DNA from: Bdellovibrionales bacterium
Lineage (GTDB): Bacteria; Bdellovibrionota; Bdellovibrionia; Bdellovibrionales; UBA1609
Direction: 5' to 3'
NCBI GenBank assembly: GCA_965219095.1
Contig: CBDCMT010000001.1
Location: 352,001-416,000 of the forward strand
Length of the DNA: 64,000 nt
The stretch's first letter is position 1. The number at the start of each line of letters is the position of its first letter. The notes under the pieces are model-generated. The model ran no database searches. It was not told where the DNA came from and saw nothing but the letters and a program-made list of their open reading frames with translations. Position numbers and translations under genes: made by a program. Positions 1-8,525 of the stretch are shown here, piece after piece.

Positions 1-483
1 GTAGGTTTTATGAAAATATGACCAAGCTAAAAGTAAGCTTATGACCTTAGTTTTGCCTGAGCCTGTTGCCATTTTTATAACAAATCGCCTCCAATTTTCT
101 TCAAACCATTGAGAGGAAATGTTTGCATTAGAAAATTGCAATAAATCTTCATGGCCTTTAACTTGAGCTACATCATAGAGGTAAATTATAGTTTCCACCG
201 CTTCTCTTTGAGCAAAGTAATAGCGAAAGTATGAAAGCATTCCTCCATTCTCTAGAATATGTTCTTCTTCAAACCACCAGTTTAAAAGAGTTTTGCTAGT
301 CTCGCTTGCACCTTCATATTTATTCCCTCTCCATTGATACACTTTTTTTCTTAAAGTATGAACAAAGGGAGCCAAGAGTTTTTTATAAACACTTTCTTTT
401 ATAAGTTGCTCAGAAGGTAACCAACGAATATCTGGTTTTAAAATAGCATGAGGGGATGTAGGAAAATTAGATTGTAATGCCAT
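1..483 (-). CDS. res: Type III restriction enzyme Res subunit (DEAD-like helicase), N-terminal part, runs off the window
   Basis: Manual translation from ATG at 483: MALQSNFPTSPHAILKPDIRW...YYFAQREAVET...KMATGSGKTKV (Walker A). Start overlaps the mod stop codon. Not in the ORF track. Confidence 0.85.
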   Translation of the reverse strand, partial: MALQSNFPTSPHAILKPDIRWLPSEQLIKESVYKKLLAPFVHTLRKKVYQWRGNKYEGASETSKTLLNWWFEEEHILENGGMLSYFRYYFAQREAVETIIYLYDVAQVKGHEDLLQFSNANISSQWFEENWRRFVIKMATGSGKTKVISLLLAWSYFHKTY

Positions 484-2621
484 TACTTTATCTTAACCTC
501 TTCAATTTTTATGGTGTCATTTCCAAAAATATCAATAACTTTTACTGCAATTTTTACCACAGATTTATTGATTTCATGAAATGGAGATTTTAGCTCTAAT
601 TTTCTGTCCTTTCTAGTTCTAAAGGCTTGCCATTCATTTTCAAAGATATAATCTCCTGACCATTGCTCTTCAATATCTCCAGTATCAGGGTTTGTTACTC
701 TTATGATTTCTTTTTTGCTTTCAAAATCAAAATCTATACTCCAATAATCAATCCAATCACTCCATTTTTTAGTTAATACATCTTGCTTTGATTTTCCCTC
801 TTTATCTGTAGAAATTTTAATAATTTTTCCACCACTTAAAATAACCTTTGAACTGTTCTTCTTCATACTTTGAATAGTTTGTTCTATAGAGTCTTGAGAG
901 TAATAGACAGAAAAGTCTTTAAGCTCTACAGCCACTTTGCCTTTTTTATAATGAAATTTTACCTCAATGTAAGAGATATCATGAAATGATACTTGATTCT
1001 TCTCAACTGCCCTTTTATCAAAAACTTCTTTTGGTATATATTTTATAGCTAGATCAATTCCTCTTTTTTTCGCTTCATCTAAAAGCATAGGAAAAAGACC
1101 CATCTCAAATTCAAAGCCTAAAATATCAGCCTTTGTGATTTTATTTTTAATACACTCACTGATAACTTCATCAACAAATAAGCGATTAACTGGTAATGTT
1201 ACGGGGCCAATAGCAATAACTCGTCCTTGCTTTTTTCCATGAAATATAGGGCTTTGAGACATAGCTTCTGCCCCATAAGCTTTTAAAATAAGAGATACAT
1301 AATCTTTTTCTTTTTGTTTTAATTTGTTGTCTTGAGTTCTTCCATCAAAATCACTATTAACTCCAATATAGTGCTGCCTTTCATATTTACCAAGATTTAA
1401 GATTTCAAAAGCTCGGTAATCTTTATTTTCTTTTTTTAACTCCCTTTGAATGGAGATCATTCTTTTTCGAGTAGTGTGGATAGAGAATTTTCCAAGATCA
1501 GTTCCGATCCACTTACGTCCTAGTTTTTCTGCAACTGCACAAGTTGTACCTGAGCCACAGAAGAAGTCTGCTATAAGATCATCTTCATTAGAAGAAGCTT
1601 TGATAATACGTTTGAGAAGTGATTCAGGTTTTTGGGTTGGATAACCTGTCTCTTCCTTGGCTCTATGGGATAGGTGCATAGAATATGTTTGCTTTATATC
1701 ACTCCAAACCGTTGATAATGGTACGCCGTGAGACTTATCTAAATACTGCTTTTGTACTAAACCATTTGCTCTTTTTCTTGTTCGGTATCTTCTGCCATTT
1801 TCATCTACATAACAAAATCTTTCGTCAATATATTTTTTTGAATATGGCAAATATATCTTATTCTCTATTCTATTTCTATAATTTTTAGCAAAATGAAGAA
1901 TATACTCATGAACTTTGACAATTTTTGTTCCAGAAGCACGTCCACCAGATGGTGTACCATATGACCATATAGTTTCTGACACTAAATTTTCTTTCCCAAA
2001 AATTTCTTGAAGAGCGATTCTCATATAATGATTAACTTGGATACCAATATGGACATAAATAGTTCCATCGTCAGATAATAGATCTTTCATCAAACAAAGC
2101 CGTTCATAAATCATTGCAATAAAAGAATCAGTTCCTTTTTTCCAAGTATCTCTATAAGCAAGCTCCTCTAAAACATTTGGTTTTTTTGTAAAAGTATCTT
2201 CACCAATGTCAACTTTCATTGAAAAATCAGCTCCCACATCAAAAGGAGGATCAATGTAGATGAGTTTTATTCCACCTTGAGCTTCAATTTCATCTCTTAA
2301 GTGACCATTTTTTAAAGAAGATAAGATGAGTTTGTTATCTCCCCAAATAAGCTTATTCGTCCAACCCTTAAGTTGACGACCAGTTTCAAGATCAAAAAAA
2401 CTCCTCTGTAAACTCTTATCTTGTTCAAAACGAGGTTCATCTACATGTTCAATAGTCTGAAAGGGAAGAACCACATTGCAAACTTGGTTAGTTTTTCCGT
2501 TCCAAACAAGCTCAACCTCTCTTTTGTCTTCAAACAGTAAAAATCGGTAATGGTCTGGCAGAGGTTTTCCAGCTTCTAAAATCTTGGTTAGGTCTCTTAT
2601 TTCATTTTCTGAAAGCTTTAT
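483..2621 (-). CDS. mod: Type III R-M DNA methyltransferase (Mod)
   Basis: IYIDPPF (motif IV), GYPTQKP and DFFCGSGTT (motif I). The frame stays open 49 codons upstream of the track start (2474) to an ATA at 2621 (IKLSENEIRDLTKILEAGKPLP...), 9 nt after AAGGAG. Confidence 0.9.
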   Translation of the reverse strand: MKLSENEIRDLTKILEAGKPLPDHYRFLLFEDKREVELVWNGKTNQVCNVVLPFQTIEHVDEPRFEQDKSLQRSFFDLETGRQLKGWTNKLIWGDNKLILSSLKNGHLRDEIEAQGGIKLIYIDPPFDVGADFSMKVDIGEDTFTKKPNVLEELAYRDTWKKGTDSFIAMIYERLCLMKDLLSDDGTIYVHIGIQVNHYMRIALQEIFGKENLVSETIWSYGTPSGGRASGTKIVKVHEYILHFAKNYRNRIENKIYLPYSKKYIDERFCYVDENGRRYRTRKRANGLVQKQYLDKSHGVPLSTVWSDIKQTYSMHLSHRAKEETGYPTQKPESLLKRIIKASSNEDDLIADFFCGSGTTCAVAEKLGRKWIGTDLGKFSIHTTRKRMISIQRELKKENKDYRAFEILNLGKYERQHYIGVNSDFDGRTQDNKLKQKEKDYVSLILKAYGAEAMSQSPIFHGKKQGRVIAIGPVTLPVNRLFVDEVISECIKNKITKADILGFEFEMGLFPMLLDEAKKRGIDLAIKYIPKEVFDKRAVEKNQVSFHDISYIEVKFHYKKGKVAVELKDFSVYYSQDSIEQTIQSMKKNSSKVILSGGKIIKISTDKEGKSKQDVLTKKWSDWIDYWSIDFDFESKKEIIRVTNPDTGDIEEQWSGDYIFENEWQAFRTRKDRKLELKSPFHEINKSVVKIAVKVIDIFGNDTIKIEEVKIK

Positions 2622-2653
2622 GACTCATCGCTCCTTTGCTGCTTTTCTCTAAA

Positions 2654-2679
2654 GTAACTAGTTATTTATAACTAGTTAC
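2654..2679. promoter_or_regulatory. Candidate operator: perfect inverted repeat GTAACTAGTTAT-TT-ATAACTAGTTAC
   Basis: 12-bp arms, each containing the palindrome TAACTAGTTA, located between divergent mod and XRE genes. Confidence 0.6.
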
Positions 2680-2711
2680 ATATTGAAAGACAATGAATAC
2701 TTTCTATTTTC

Positions 2712-2984
2712 ATGGGAAGGAATAGTCGAAAAGATATAGATATTAAAGATCGTGAGCTAAAGAGACTAATTGAGACATTTTGTACTAATGTTATTGAAAA
2801 GCGTCAAAGTAGTAGCCTCACCCAACAACAATTCGCAAATAAAGCGGGTCTCTCTGTAAACACCATTGCAGAAATTGAGCAAAAAAGAATAGAAAACCTA
2901 AGGCTAAGTACTATTACCGCAATAGGAAAAGCCTTAGGAATAAAACCTCTAAAACTTCTTGAAAAAAATAAAGATTCACTTTGA
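2712..2984 (+). CDS. XRE-family HTH transcriptional regulator (possible R-M controller)
   Basis: LTQQQFANKAGLSVNTIAEIEQ...NLRLSTITAIGKALG is an HTH_3 pattern; divergent from mod. Confidence 0.85.
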   Translation: MGRNSRKDIDIKDRELKRLIETFCTNVIEKRQSSSLTQQQFANKAGLSVNTIAEIEQKRIENLRLSTITAIGKALGIKPLKLLEKNKDSL

Positions 2985-3773
2985 AAATCTTTTGCCTAAT
3001 TTTGATAGATTCATAAGTTTTGCTTTAGTTGATACCATAGTCATAGCTACTATAGGTGTGAGAGAGCTTGTAAAAGACGTAAAACCAATTCCTACAATAC
3101 TTCTTACAACAAGAGGTGTTGTCACCATACAAAGAGCAATCACAAAATTCATGATAATTAGAGTCAAATAATTACCTTCTATATTTAAAGTTATTCCCCA
3201 AGGCATAGCTTTGAGAATCAAACTCAGCACTGCCCATACTACCTTCCAACTTGCAATTTCTGCCATACTCCTAAAGAGGTTTATAGTCATTTTAGAAGAA
3301 AAGACATGAAAAAGCAGAATTACAGGAGATAGTATGGTTAAAAAAGACCAGCTAAAGTGATAAATAGCCACCATGATAAACCTTGCAAAATAAAGAATGA
3401 GATAGGAGAGATAGGTCAACATTGCTAGAAAAAGATCACCAAAAATCAAAAGACTTTTAAAACTTGGTTTTTGATAGCTCTCTATCTTTTCTCCTGCCAT
3501 CTTCATGATGTTTTCAATACCACTCATATCATCAATTTTATTGGAAAGCCCATTTGTTATTTCTAGAATGGCTCCTGTAATTTCAGGAAAACCTATAAGA
3601 AGAAGAGTCCCTATAAAAATTCTTTTTACTTTGTCTAAAAAATCTCCGCTTCCTTGAAACCAAGTGAGGGTTATCGCCACAAGAAAAAACAGAGGCAGAA
3701 GAAGAAAGTAAACAGATCTGAGTTCAAAATAAAGCTCCTGTGCCATAGGAGCTAGACTGCTAAAATTATCCAT
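2976..3773 (-). CDS. VirB6/TrbL-like polytopic membrane protein
   Basis: About 5-6 hydrophobic segments; last gene of the virB4-containing cluster. Confidence 0.6.
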   Translation of the reverse strand: MDNFSSLAPMAQELYFELRSVYFLLLPLFFLVAITLTWFQGSGDFLDKVKRIFIGTLLLIGFPEITGAILEITNGLSNKIDDMSGIENIMKMAGEKIESYQKPSFKSLLIFGDLFLAMLTYLSYLILYFARFIMVAIYHFSWSFLTILSPVILLFHVFSSKMTINLFRSMAEIASWKVVWAVLSLILKAMPWGITLNIEGNYLTLIIMNFVIALCMVTTPLVVRSIVGIGFTSFTSSLTPIVAMTMVSTKAKLMNLSKLGKRFSK

Positions 3774-3807
3774 TCCTCACCTCTCTTTTTAATTTTTTAA
3801 AGAATTT

Positions 3808-4479
3808 CTAAAAAGAGGCTAAATTATAGTTTGGTTTTAAATTTTTAAAAGCCTGACCTAGTTCTGAATACTGAACTTGAAATTGTCTGGAGTAACGTTT
3901 TTGATTTTTATTTGTAAGCGCTAACTTTTGAGCCTCAATTTTTAAAAGAGAGGCATTGGTTCTTAGGAGTTGGTTTACAGCATGAATGAGAACTGCTTGA
4001 CCTTGAAGCAAAGTCTTCATAGCTCCTGCTTGAGATGCTCGATGGGCATAGTGTTTCATTCTCGTTGCTTCATGATCGACTTGACTTGCGTATTTAAAAA
4101 CCTCGTTATGAAACTGAAAACTTTCAGCCACTGTAAGATCAGTTTTTTTTTGAAGATTTGCTTCACTGGTTTTGGGAATACGACCGTAAATATTTTTAAC
4201 TGCATGGACTGTTTCATTGAGATTTCTCAATTTAGAGAAAGTTCCTGCCTTGAGAGTACGATTAGCTATATCTTTTACATACATGGCCTCATGGATGCCT
4301 CTGTTTGTTTCTTTTAAGAGTTGCAGGGTTTTTTTGTTGACTCCTGTGATTTGTCTTAACTGTTCAAGTTGATAGATAGATTGTTGCAAGATTTTTGAGA
4401 GGTAGATGAGGTCTCCGCCCCAAAAACTGAAAGCATTAAAAGAATAGCACATTAAAAAAAAGAAAATTATTTTTTTCAT
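3808..4479 (-). CDS. VirB5/TrbJ-like exported protein
   Basis: Signal peptide, then GGDLIYLSKILQQSIYQLEQL and a Gln-rich helical body; lies between virB4 and virB6-like genes. Confidence 0.6.
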   Translation of the reverse strand: MKKIIFFFLMCYSFNAFSFWGGDLIYLSKILQQSIYQLEQLRQITGVNKKTLQLLKETNRGIHEAMYVKDIANRTLKAGTFSKLRNLNETVHAVKNIYGRIPKTSEANLQKKTDLTVAESFQFHNEVFKYASQVDHEATRMKHYAHRASQAGAMKTLLQGQAVLIHAVNQLLRTNASLLKIEAQKLALTNKNQKRYSRQFQVQYSELGQAFKNLKPNYNLASF

Positions 4480-4513
4480 TTTTTCCTCCTTATCAATTTA
4501 AACTTGTTTTTCT

Positions 4514-6991
4514 TTATAGGAGATGTTGTAGTAGTTTCACATTATCTTTGTGATCACTTGTAGCCACCCAATACTCTTTCTCTGTAGGATAAATTCTTAT
4601 TATTGCTTTATCTTCGCTTGACACTATAAAAGCTTCTGAGAACTCTCCTTTTTTGCTTTTTAGGTTTGAGATGAGAGAAACCTCTCTTTCGTTGAGTTTT
4701 AAAATATCCTTTAGAGACTTGGTATCTCCTTTTTGCTGAAGAATAAATTTAGTAGCTGTATTTCCTAAAATAGCCGAGCCTATAGGATGTTGAACAATTT
4801 CCTCTATTCCTTGAGTGATGAAAGTTATGCCTGAGCCAGTTTTTCTCAATGTCCTTACGCAATACTCCATAAAGTGAGAACTAGATTTTCCTTTTAGTAG
4901 CTCCCAACACTCATCCATTAAAATTCGCTTTTTCTTAGAAAGAATATCTGGATCACTTGATTCAACTCTTCCTAAGATAAAATCGGTGATGATTAAAATC
5001 ATAACAGCCTGCAAGTCAGGAAAACTAGATAGACCTTTTAAATCAAACACTACAAAGTCATTTTCTAAATCAAAACTAGCCTTCGTATCAAGAAGTCTTC
5101 CGTAAGGGGTATCTCCCGTCCAAGGATAGAGTATTCTAGAAAATCTTATTAAAATATCGTCATTTGAATTTTTCAAAAGATTTCTATAGTCAGTTAAACG
5201 AGGATTTTTTATCTCTTTATAAAGCTTATCGATCTTCTCTTCTAAAAGTGCTTTTTCCAGTTTAGGAAGTTTTTCTCCTTCTTCATCAGTCAATAAGGTT
5301 TCAAATAAGGCCAACAAAAATTTAATCTTTCCTGAACTCGGATATGTTTCTCCTTTTGGTAATGCAAACGGATTAAACGATAGTGCATCAACTGAAGTTC
5401 TATTTGTAGGTGGTGTGACATCAACATATTGACCTCCAATAAGTCGGCAGAGTTTTCTATAGCTTCTGCCAATATCAATAATAAAATTCATACTGTTTTC
5501 TTTCATAGCTTGAAGTAAAATGAGGTTGTTTAAAAAACTTTTCCCTGATCCACTTGAGCCTGTGACAAGAGCATTATAATTAGGGAGCTTTGAATCAAAA
5601 GGATCATATTTCACCAGAGCTTTTTGTCTGTTTCTAAAAAGACAGACTGGTTTTTGATCTTTTCCTTGATAGCTTTCATAGACAGGAAGAAAATCTGCTA
5701 GATTATCAGCTTTTATTTTTTTAGGTCTTGCCATTAAAAGATTTCCAAAAGGAATGACGGTTTTAAAAGTTTTAAAAGCTCCTACTGTTTCTTCTAAGCC
5801 CTCACTTCCATTAAGCTCTCTAAAAGCATGAAGCAAGACTCTTGCTTTCAAATTAAGAGACTCTTTACTTTTAGACTTTATTTTTATAGCTAATTGAAAA
5901 AAGAAAATCTTTTGACCTGTTTCAATCACATCTCTTAGAAGCTCTTCTGTGGATTGAGCTTGAGATTCACTTTCTAAGTCATTAACTCTTCCATTCTGAG
6001 AAAGACTCATGGAGTGAGCCATTCGCCGTTTCATTTGAAGAAGGGAGATTTCTTTTGATTGATTGGGGGTTTTGATATGTAAGAAGAGAGAGAAATTTTC
6101 TGGCAATTCAATCAACTTTGAAATAAGAGTGCTGTAAGTGTATTCAGGCAAGGTTTTAAGGGTTAGAATTCTATGATAGTATTCATCATAGAATATGTCC
6201 TTTTGTTGCAAAATCATATCAGAGAATAACAGTTCATTTCTAGGAGTTATTTCAGAAAGCTCTGGCATAATTGAAAGCTCTTTTTCAGTAAAAACTTGAT
6301 TTTTATGGTTCTTATTTTCTTGAGGTAAAGGTATATTCTGAGATCGTTCAGGATTAAAAAATTCATAGATGAGCTTTCTCATATCATTTCTTTTAAGTTT
6401 TTTAACTTTTATGCCTGTAGTCTCCAAAGAATTAGAAAGAGAAGCTGTAAGCCCCCTAAGTTCCTTTAGCCTTTTTTTATGCTCTCTTCTTGTTACACTT
6501 TGAAAGTGTCTAGAGGTTTTAAAAAAATCAAAAATAGATTTTGCTTTAGAACTCCCATCATAAGGTCTTTTGTAGATGAAAAGATAAATATCTTTTTTGA
6601 AGATATTTTCTTTTTTTATTTCAGATTCAAGCATTTTAATTCTGTCATCTGATATTTCGTTGATCTTTTTATTTTTAGATCTTAACTCTCTATGATTTTT
6701 TAGAATCCCATGAAAATCCGAGTGGCTCTTTATAAAAAACCCAATTTCTGTATTGTCATTAAGACCGTTCAAAAAAGAGCGAAGTTTTAGTGCTATGGAG
6801 TTTAGCTCATTATCATCTAAAGTCTCAATAGAAAGCCCTTGAAGATTTAATCCTTGAACAAGAGTTGCATCTGATAAGGCCAGAGATTCATCAAAAAAAT
6901 CCCAAAAAGGGGTTTCATGGCTTAAAGGGTATTCTTTTTGAAATTCTCTAAAGTTTTTTAGAGGTGTTGGTTTGTTTGTATTCATAAGCAT
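4514..6991 (-). CDS. virB4: VirB4/TraC/TrbE-family conjugative ATPase
   Basis: Walker A GSSGSGKS, IIDIGRSY, Walker B ILMDECW, RTLRKTG..ITQ; 825 aa. Confidence 0.9.
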   Translation of the reverse strand: MLMNTNKPTPLKNFREFQKEYPLSHETPFWDFFDESLALSDATLVQGLNLQGLSIETLDDNELNSIALKLRSFLNGLNDNTEIGFFIKSHSDFHGILKNHRELRSKNKKINEISDDRIKMLESEIKKENIFKKDIYLFIYKRPYDGSSKAKSIFDFFKTSRHFQSVTRREHKKRLKELRGLTASLSNSLETTGIKVKKLKRNDMRKLIYEFFNPERSQNIPLPQENKNHKNQVFTEKELSIMPELSEITPRNELLFSDMILQQKDIFYDEYYHRILTLKTLPEYTYSTLISKLIELPENFSLFLHIKTPNQSKEISLLQMKRRMAHSMSLSQNGRVNDLESESQAQSTEELLRDVIETGQKIFFFQLAIKIKSKSKESLNLKARVLLHAFRELNGSEGLEETVGAFKTFKTVIPFGNLLMARPKKIKADNLADFLPVYESYQGKDQKPVCLFRNRQKALVKYDPFDSKLPNYNALVTGSSGSGKSFLNNLILLQAMKENSMNFIIDIGRSYRKLCRLIGGQYVDVTPPTNRTSVDALSFNPFALPKGETYPSSGKIKFLLALFETLLTDEEGEKLPKLEKALLEEKIDKLYKEIKNPRLTDYRNLLKNSNDDILIRFSRILYPWTGDTPYGRLLDTKASFDLENDFVVFDLKGLSSFPDLQAVMILIITDFILGRVESSDPDILSKKKRILMDECWELLKGKSSSHFMEYCVRTLRKTGSGITFITQGIEEIVQHPIGSAILGNTATKFILQQKGDTKSLKDILKLNEREVSLISNLKSKKGEFSEAFIVSSEDKAIIRIYPTEKEYWVATSDHKDNVKLLQHLL

Positions 6992-7295
6992 TCCTCTTAA
7001 AGTAGAGTTGGTATTTTATATCAGGGAGGTTTGCAGAGAAAGTGCTTGGATTGACAAGGCTTGATAATTTATCAGAAAGATAGTTGTCTGGTTTTCCTTT
7101 TTTAGCAAAATAGAGAATTATGGCCAAAACTAATGTTCCTAGCCATACGAGAGGAATTTTTAGAGTTGTTTGTCCAAAGAGTAGGTTGCTGATTGAGAGA
7201 TAAAGGAAAATTAAAAGTAAGTCTATGAGTTCAAAACCGAGGAGTTTTAGTTTGTTTTCGAGTTGGCGTGGGGTTTTTGAGGTAAATAATGACAC
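6948..7295 (-). CDS. VirB3-like membrane protein
   Basis: Two TM segments followed by KKGKPDNYL, directly upstream of virB4. Likely start is GTG at 7295 after GGAGG (the track extends it to 7340). Confidence 0.65.
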   Translation of the reverse strand: MSLFTSKTPRQLENKLKLLGFELIDLLLIFLYLSISNLLFGQTTLKIPLVWLGTLVLAIILYFAKKGKPDNYLSDKLSSLVNPSTFSANLPDIKYQLYFKRNAYEYKQTNTSKKL

Positions 7296-7348
7296 AAAGC
7301 ACCTCCCGTCCTTTGATTTAAACTTATAAAATATTACCATTGTTTAGC

Positions 7349-8383
7349 ATGAAAGATCAGAATAAAAAAGCTATAGAAGAGCAGAATAGAAAGCTTATGA
7401 AGCCCTTTAAAAGTAGTAGTCTCATAATAAACACTTTAGAAAATAGTGGATTAACAAAAGCTTTAAAGGCTATGGAAGAGCAGAATAGAGAGCTTATGAA
7501 GCTCTTTAAAAATAATAGTAGTCTCACAATAAACACCTTAAAAAATAGTGGATTAACAAAAGCTTTAAAAGCTATAGAAGAGCAGAATAGAGAGCTTATG
7601 AAGCCCTTTAAAAATAATAGTAGTCTCACAATAAACACCTTAAAAAATAGTGGATTAACAAAAGCTTTAAAAGCTATAGAAGAGCAGAATAGAGAGCTTA
7701 TGAAGCCCTTTAAAAATAGAAGCCTAATAAATACCTTAACAAAGGTAGGCTTGGAAATTCAAGAACTAGAGAAACGAAAGAAAATACCCCCCTCTATAGA
7801 AAGAGATAATCACTTGTACGGTAAGTTTCTAACTTTCCATAAGACCTTAGGTGAAAAAGTCGATTACCTAAAAGCCTTAGGAAAATTTTTAGATAAAGAA
7901 ATATTAACAAAAATTTTAGAAATTTGGAAAACAGATACTCTCTTTAGAGAAAGGGCTGAGATATTTTTAGATGCTTTTCTAAACCATTCAGAAAAAAGAT
8001 ATACTGTTTCAATTCCTGCACTATTGCCACATATAGAATTTCTTTGCTTATCTTTAATTAATAAAGAGAACAAAAGATTTAACAAAGAAATAAAGGAGAT
8101 ATTTTATAAAACATTTAGCAAGTGTTCTCCTTCGGAAAGCCTACCTTTTTCTAAGTATAAATTCTTTTGTCAAAATCATAAGGAGCTTTTTTCATGCGAA
8201 GATAAAACACAACCAGATTTCTTGAATAGACATAAGGTTTTACATGGAAAGGATATTAAGTATTATAAGAAGTCGGATAACTCTTTAGTATGTATTATAA
8301 TTCTAGATATACTTTTCTATATGAGAAAAGAGCTAAAAGAGGAATTTTGTTCTGCATTAGAATCAATGAACAATGAAAACTAA
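7349..8383 (+). CDS. Hypothetical protein with N-terminal 34-aa tandem repeats and a C-terminal HEPN-like domain
   Basis: Repeats KAIEEQNRELMKPFKNNSSLTINTLKNSGLTKAL. The C-terminus has YTVSIPALLPHIE and NRHKVLHG (R-x4-H). Confidence 0.55.
   Translation: MKDQNKKAIEEQNRKLMKPFKSSSLIINTLENSGLTKALKAMEEQNRELMKLFKNNSSLTINTLKNSGLTKALKAIEEQNRELMKPFKNNSSLTINTLKNSGLTKALKAIEEQNRELMKPFKNRSLINTLTKVGLEIQELEKRKKIPPSIERDNHLYGKFLTFHKTLGEKVDYLKALGKFLDKEILTKILEIWKTDTLFRERAEIFLDAFLNHSEKRYTVSIPALLPHIEFLCLSLINKENKRFNKEIKEIFYKTFSKCSPSESLPFSKYKFFCQNHKELFSCEDKTQPDFLNRHKVLHGKDIKYYKKSDNSLVCIIILDILFYMRKELKEEFCSALESMNNEN
7367..7738 (+). repeat. In-frame tandem repeat, about 3.7 units of 99-102 bp
   Basis: Units start at 7367, 7466, 7568 and 7670 (partial), are near-identical and have no spacers. 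Confidence 0.95.
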
Positions 8384-8525
8384 TAAAGTCAACAATATTT
8401 TGAACTCCAAATCCATAGCTGAGCTTACTAAATCTTAGATGATATGTTGTTTAGCGTTGAGGTTTCTTGTAATAAAAGAAGGTGGGTAGTTTAAGAGAAT
8501 GACTTTGTAATCTATCAATACTCCT

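Noticed and set aside
1450..1888. Short + strand ORFs, and similar antisense ORFs across the track (e.g. 3970, 7357, 10921, 14579-16564, 40954, 55793)
   Set aside because: They are shadows of longer, motif-bearing genes on the opposite strand or in another frame.
7367..7738. Possible CRISPR array
   Set aside because: Units are contiguous, about 102 bp, in-frame coding, with no unique spacers and no cas genes.
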